A stretch of 64,000 nucleotides of DNA from Octopus vulgaris (Eukaryota): the NCBI GenBank assembly GCA_951406725.2, contig OX597814.1, positions 43,338,001 to 43,402,000 of the forward strand. The letters run 5' to 3'. Under the pieces are notes generated by a model. The model ran no database searches. It saw nothing but the letters and a program-made list of their open reading frames with translations, and was not told the DNA's origin. Positions 57,420 to 64,000 of this stretch are shown one piece after another. The translations under genes were made by a program, and so were the position numbers. The first letter of the stretch is position 1. Each line of letters begins with the position of its first letter.

Positions 57420-57800
57420 CTGTGCGTGTCCATACATGTTTAGCAATCTCACTTTGTAACCATGTAGATTCGGTTTCAGTCCCACCTCCTACTATGCAAT
57501 GTATTGTGCAAGTGATTTCTTCTATAGCTTCAGGGCGGCTTCTGTCTTGCGAGTAAAGTTTGTTGTCAGAGACTGTGTGAGAAGCTGAGGAATATATGCT
57601 AGTGCATATCGTTTTGTCTGTGTTTGCTCCCGGCGTTGCTTGGCCACCGTGTTGGTGTGGTTGCGTCCATGCAAGTTCGTGGTTCAGCACTGAGTGACTG
57701 CTAGAATAAGACTAGTTACAAGCATTGAAATATTTGTATTGTGTTGATTGTTCGAGTAAACCCTTCTATCCAGCATGAATAAATCCAATGACTGGATGGA
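57420..57800 (+). mobile_element. Old full-length family B SINE
   Basis: Degenerate match to the head, core and tail of 28827-29590. Confidence 0.65.
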
Positions 57801-60799
57801 TGAGAATGAAGGCCAGCAAGTAAAAAGGAAACAAGGGTTAGAATGGCAGATCGAGAGAGGAAGAAAGGATAGATGGAATTGAGAGTAGGAGGGAAATATT
57901 AGATTGCACAAAGAACAATAGAGAGGCTAGAGGAACAGAGAGCGAAGAAGAATAGAAAGAAATGTTAAGGATGATCACAGTGAGAGAAGAGGGTATCAAT
58001 ATATGCGGGTTATGATCAGAACATCGTGTGCGTTACAATTTCTAGTAGTGGAATACAAAAGACAGACAGACAGAAAGAAGAACTGAAAGAAAGAGAGAGA
58101 AAAAAAGAAAGATGAAAAAAGAGAAGCAAGGTAGAAGGGTAGATAGAGATACGCAGTTTTTAAACTTTTCAAAACTTGAAATTGAGAACCTTCACAACGT
58201 CTAATCCCAAGGCACTAATGAGAACATTTCAGTTATATAAAGCAAAGCAATAAATAGAAAATAGCAGGGATAATTGATGAAAAAAGAAAAACAGTAAACA
58301 GAATTCAAGAAAAGTATAATGTATAATGTGGATTAAGAGAAAATGATGTAAAAGTGGGGGAAATACATAAAATATCTAGTAGAAAAATATATTTAACAGA
58401 TATAGTGTTGTGGAAAAAGTAAAAGTGATCAGCAATCGCGCATAAATACGGACTTGAAATATTTAGAAAATATATGTTATATAATGTTTCAACATATGCA
58501 GTTAGTTATAATTTATACAAGAAAAGAAAGTTTCAGGTAAGAATATAAAAGAATAAAGGCATGCAAAATTGAAAAAATAAAATGTAAACATGTATGATAT
58601 AAATATAAATTTAACGTTTTGATATTGAATAATGAAAATATCATGAGTAAAACAGAAAAGAGAAATAAAAAATATTAGAGGTGGCAAGTAAAAGTAAGAA
58701 AAGTAAAGAAAGGAGATAAAATGAGAAAATTAGTAGGGAAAGTGGTAATCTTATACATAGAGATTTTAAAGTGAAATTTATACAGCAAAAATGAAAGACA
58801 AATTTGGACATGAAATATGAGAACCCAGCCAATACTTGCTGATGAAATGGCACACTGTTGCAAGTTCTTATTTCACTTCCAAAAACGGAGGAATCAGTGT
58901 TACCAAAAATCTGTTCTTAGTAGAACAATAATAATTAACTTTAAAAATAATACTTTTCAGCGATTTTAGTAAGATATTAGAGGTGTTATAATTCAAAGAA
59001 TATTGAGTGCTTCATAGGACACTAAAACGTTTTCAAAGAATTTCAAAAATGTCCAAATCATAACAATATGCGTTTCAACCGGCAGGCAAACTAAATCTCC
59101 CCAATATATGTGATTATTTTGACGGCAATATGTTGAGACATTATCATTCTACGAATGTAATTACAAAGAATGAGACATGGACAACAAGAATTTTGCTGAT
59201 ATTGAACATGTTACAAGTTTCAAAGGGAAAAATAGATGCAAAACTGTTGTGTTTATCTCGCCATGTTTTCTAAATAGACACTTTTGTCAAGGAATTTTCA
59301 TTCAGAAGTTAATTATTCTCCATCCTCTTGTTAATTACACATCCCTTGTTTGTTTTATTGATGCGTCTTGCTAGATTGCTTGTTATAATGGTACTGCTGG
59401 TGGTAACTGAGATTTTCTGTTCTTCTTGTTACACTGAGCTGTGACGTTCTGTTCTCTGCGAGTAAATACTATCTTGTTCATTGCATTTTGAAATTGTCTT
59501 CCTATTTCCTTCTCACTACAGTGTTTTTCTAAACAACACTTCTTTGAAGTTATTCTTCATATATTTCTACATTGGCTTTACGAGCGACAATAAGTTCCTC
59601 TTTTATATGTTTGTGGGTGGTGTTCAGTTATGTCTACACGTGGCAAAGAAACATATTGGCATTCCTCAATTGAACAAGCTACTATAGCGGCATTAACGAT
59701 CCAACAAAATATGCCTTGATTTCAGTCACACAACCGAGAACACCCATGACAACACCAATACGATTGCTTCTACACGTTCATCTGAAACATCGTATACTGT
59801 AAGTATGTGATGATTGTAAACCATAACTATATTGGAGACTTATAAATTTGTATCACCAAAACTTGTTTTTTTATCTATTACTGTTTACAATGTTTCATGA
59901 TGCAGGGAAAGTAAATTAATTCTAAGAGCAATTATACCATATTTGATGTAACGAACGCTATTCTATCGTTCTTTAACAAGCATTAACATGACACTTTTAA
60001 ATCTATTTTAATGAGTAGTTGAAGATCGCTGAATGTTATTGAAATTATCTGAATTCTATTGTGTTTGAGATACATTTAGATATATATTATCGGTATTATA
60101 TGAATAATATCAATAAATCGAGTATTAATTTGTTATCTATTTTATGTGCAGGGAACATATATAGTAATTAAATCTTTAAAGATAATTCAGTTCGAAGTTA
60201 GTTAGCTTTGCTTGAATATGTTTCGCTAAATATTTCGTTTGGATCAATACTTTTTATAACCAAAAGAGATTTTACCGAAACAAAATCTGTAAGATTACAT
60301 CTGATAATACATTTAGATCGCATTTATTATGTTTTTCAGTATATAAATACATAGATATGCATGCGTGTATGTATAAATTTATACACAGATGTTATAAATG
60401 AAATACAATTCTTGTTTTATATTCAACTTTCAATGTTAAAGTATAAATTTTATTCAGAATGTGAACGCGTCAGGCATTATTTCAGATGAATAGTAATTAA
60501 GATTTTTGCAGTTGTTGATATAAAAGGCAAATGTACGTGTATGTAAAATGCATAGTTTATTTATACGTATCACCAAAAAGTATGTATAAAAATCTAATAG
60601 TCTTAAGGATATACACTGTGGACCAATATATATATGTACACTACTGTAAGAAATACAGCAGTTACTGTTAATTTAGCTCGGGAATTTATGAATTTAAACT
60701 ATTTTTGTGATCTAAATATTCATCAATACACGTATGACTGTCACAATAAGAAGACTGTATTTGTTTTGTTTTTTAATGATATATTCCTTTTCAAGTATA

Positions 60800-61032
60800 T
60801 ATTTCTTTACTACCCACAAGGGGCTAAACATAGAGGGGACAAACAAGGACAGACAAACGGATTAAGTCGATTATATCGACCCCAATGCGCAACTGGTACT
60901 TAATTTATCGACCCCGAGAGGATGAAAGGCTAAGTCGACCTCGGCGGAATTTGAACCCAGGACGTAGCGGTAGACGAAATACGGCTACGCATTTCGCCCG
61001 GCGTGCTAACGATTCTACCAGCTCGCCGCCTT
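60800..61032 (-). mobile_element. Young full-length family A SINE with 17-bp TSD
   Basis: TSD attc(c/a)ttttcaagtata at 60783-60799 and 61034-61050. Confidence 0.93.
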
Positions 61033-61954
61033 AATTCATTTTCAAGTATAAAATGTCATTTCCCTAGACTCATGCATATTTTCAATTATGTAAGATTAAT
61101 ACCTACAATTCTACACAACATTTACGAACAACTGATTGTGTTTGAAGTATTTGAGTAATTTCTATTTATCTTTTTCCTTGTTTGTTATAGGGCCTTCAAG
61201 ACCACTGAAATTGACTCCTTTATATTTCCTCTTTGACTATTTCATCTCCATAGCTGCAGCCGAGTTATGTGCAGCTACTGTTAAGAACAGTTATTGAGTG
61301 GAGAGTGTAGAACCTAGTTGGAACAATATATAAAGCATGATGAAGGAAGACTCATGAGTAAATGGAGAGTATGTGTGGAGATGGCATGAAATCAGATTGC
61401 CCAAAATATACACGCATACATTAACTCTACAAATGTAAAACATAGAATACTGAATATTTCTGAAACAGTAAACTTGTAGAAGTTTACTGTTTGTATGTAC
61501 ACGCTTTGCACGTTTAAATATTTACGCACTCCAGAAATACAACTGATAAAGTGGTTTCTATATAACATTTGAAGTTATGAACATTTGGAATTTGAATATG
61601 CAGAGATTCTGTATTTTGAAGAAGTCGAAAAGAGTATGAAACCAATAGGTGAATCTTTCGTTGCACTCATTTGAATTGCGCTGTCGAAGTTGCACCGTGA
61701 TAGCTCTTGGAAAGATTAGATTAGGGAAGAATAAATAATATATAGGAGTCGATATTGTGAGATGTGACCGAAAGAAAAAAGTAGATGCATACCAGGAAAT
61801 GTGGATCTTTTGGCTTACGGGAATTGAGAGAGTACATTTCATGATGCCAACATCCTAATATTCACCTTTTAAGGGTAATTATATACACTATAATTTCAAA
61901 CAAAATTCCGCGATTCTAAGGGATGAGGAAATGCTGGAGCCTATAGAATGAAAG

Positions 61955-61974
61955 ATTTCACTGGCAGAGACCTA

Positions 61975-62054
<80 letters not shown>

Positions 62055-62204
62055 CATCGGAAAAATACCTTAAGAATGAGAAGCCAGTTTCGAAATTTCC
62101 CCAAGATACCTAATGAAGGCTGGAGAGTGCATCAGCCGAAACGTTGTGTTAACAACAAAGAAGATGAGGACAAATATCCGTCAAATGTAACTAATGTGAA
62201 TAAT
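61955..62204 (+). mobile_element. 5'-truncated copy of the tRNA-head/(AAT)n/hammerhead element
   Basis: ggcagagacct + (AAT)n + tail homologous to 3520-3662; gatac-CTAATGA-a-ggctg...cagcc-GAAA-cgTT-gtgtt at 62105-62150. Confidence 0.75.
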
Positions 62205-62477
62205 CTTTCGTTTTTTGATTTGGTTTGCAAGATTCTTTATATGATTTCGTGTGTTGAAGCATATTTTTTTGTGTCTGCGGAGAGTCATTTACTTTTTGTG
62301 CTTGACTATTGAAAAGGTTGCAAGACGCAACGAAAACTTTTGGAAAATAAAAATAATAAGGGGAAATTTTACCTGTGTGTGTGTTAAATTATAAGGCATA
62401 AATAATCTCTGCTTTATCTCATTGCTATTTTTTTTAATTTAATTTTTTTAAAGGTTTAATAAAAAAATAATAACTAA

Positions 62478-62990
62478 TTAATCAATAATGTATTCACCCT
62501 TGTTGTCTACATTTTCTTCCCAACATTCAACAAGATTTTCAATACCTCCTCGGTAGAAATCACCCGATTTCGACTCCAAAATTTGATCCAGCAAAGCTCT
62601 CAATTCTGTATCAGTAATGAACGAAACTCCGCGCATAGCATTTGAATGAGATAGAAAGAGGTGGAAATCCATTGGTGCCAAATCAGGAGACTACGGCGGG
62701 TGTGGCATCACTTCCCAGCCATGCATTTGAATGGCTTCCTTGGTCATGTTGGCGATATCAGGGCTGACGCCGTTATGCAGCAGAAGAACTCCATGCTGAC
62801 GATTAGGTATTTTCTGTTGAATAGCCGTGTTGAGTCGTTCCATCTATTGAACATAGAATTCTGCGTTGACCGTTTGGCTCCGTTCAAGCAATTCGTAATG
62901 GATAATCCCTTCCCTGTCACACCATACCCACAACATCGTTTTAGGCGGATGAAGGTCGTGTTTCACAATTGTCTTTTAGTGAGATCATAT
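62478..62990 (-). pseudogene. Mariner transposase C-terminal remnant
   Basis: PPYSPDLAPMDFHLF-type motif...FYRGGIENLVECWEENVDNKGEYIID*. Confidence 0.9.
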
Positions 62991-63285
62991 CTATAAGATA
63001 CCTTCTCAGCAATTCTAATAGTTTGAAGTCCCTTACTTTCTGATTCCACTATTCAATAGTTGTTAGAACATGCTTCTTTCCATCCTTTGCGATATATCAG
63101 TATGCCAATGAAGACTAAGGTATACATTCATATGTTCCAAAGTGTATAGTAATTCAATATAAAACACAGATTCTTACAATATCAATTTCTTATTAATTAC
63201 TCAGACGTTTAACTCGGAGCGTCAGTAATTGAAAATATCACTGAAATAAACATCTTTAAATGCACGAATTAAGTACATATCTACA

Positions 63286-63396
<111 letters not shown>

Positions 63397-64000
63397 AGAG
63401 TTTACAGAAATACATTAATAACAATTCTTTAGAAATATCACAATCATTTTACAGGATACGTGTTTTGTACAGAAAGAGATGAATAAAAAGCCTGAAATTA
63501 TACGATGGACAGGGGAATGAGAACGAAGAATATTAATGGAAACAATAATTGAAACAATATCAATTACTGCATAAACACTAGCAAGTGTAACACAATTAAC
63601 CTATAATGATTTAATTGCATCTTTGAAATAGACATATATTCTATGACTGCTAATTTTACACATTGTTATGTACAGTTTGTAATTTTAAGTATTTACCATA
63701 TATTTAGCACTGTCTTGTGGTTCACAACATATAAACCAATACAAAAAGGTTAATAATTATTAATTGTTCTGAGATTCAAGGTTTGCATAAGCGTTGGAGA
63801 AAAAACGATCGTGTTAAAAGCTAACTAGATTTATCACAATGAACAGCATTTTCCTGAGTGCACTGTAGTTAAAGAACAATACAGTGATATTACGGAAAGT
63901 ATTGCTCTTCCGAGATATTCCGAGCGATGTAGACATAGATAGTATTTACGTATATACACACGTACCTACCTATATACACAAGTACTATATACACACTATC

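Noticed and set aside
63197-63232. Hammerhead-like CTGACG...AAACGTC on the minus strand; similar traces at 7055-7095 and 50770-50795
   Set aside because: Core nucleotides are missing; too degenerate to call.

Overview
AT-rich, microsatellite-dense eukaryotic DNA. The SINE families and (TA)n/(AAT)n landscape suggest an octopus genome (inference from recalled repeat families). No complete protein-coding gene is visible, and almost all ORFs in the track are microsatellite artefacts. The window consists mainly of decayed transposons: at least six Penelope-like (RT/GIY-YIG) remnants, three mariner copies, CR1-like, RTE-like and R4/Dong-like LINE fragments, hAT remnants, and two tRNA-derived SINE families. 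The most interesting signal is a set of minimal type I hammerhead ribozyme motifs and long fold-back palindromes, many inserted into (TA)n tracts. It includes one apparently intact hammerhead (15682-15764) and a repeated tRNA-head + (AAT)n + hammerhead element (3394-3662, 61955-62204) that looks like a Pol III SINE with a Penelope-type 3' end. A few weak orphan-exon candidates are also listed. All motif calls were made by eye without database searches.
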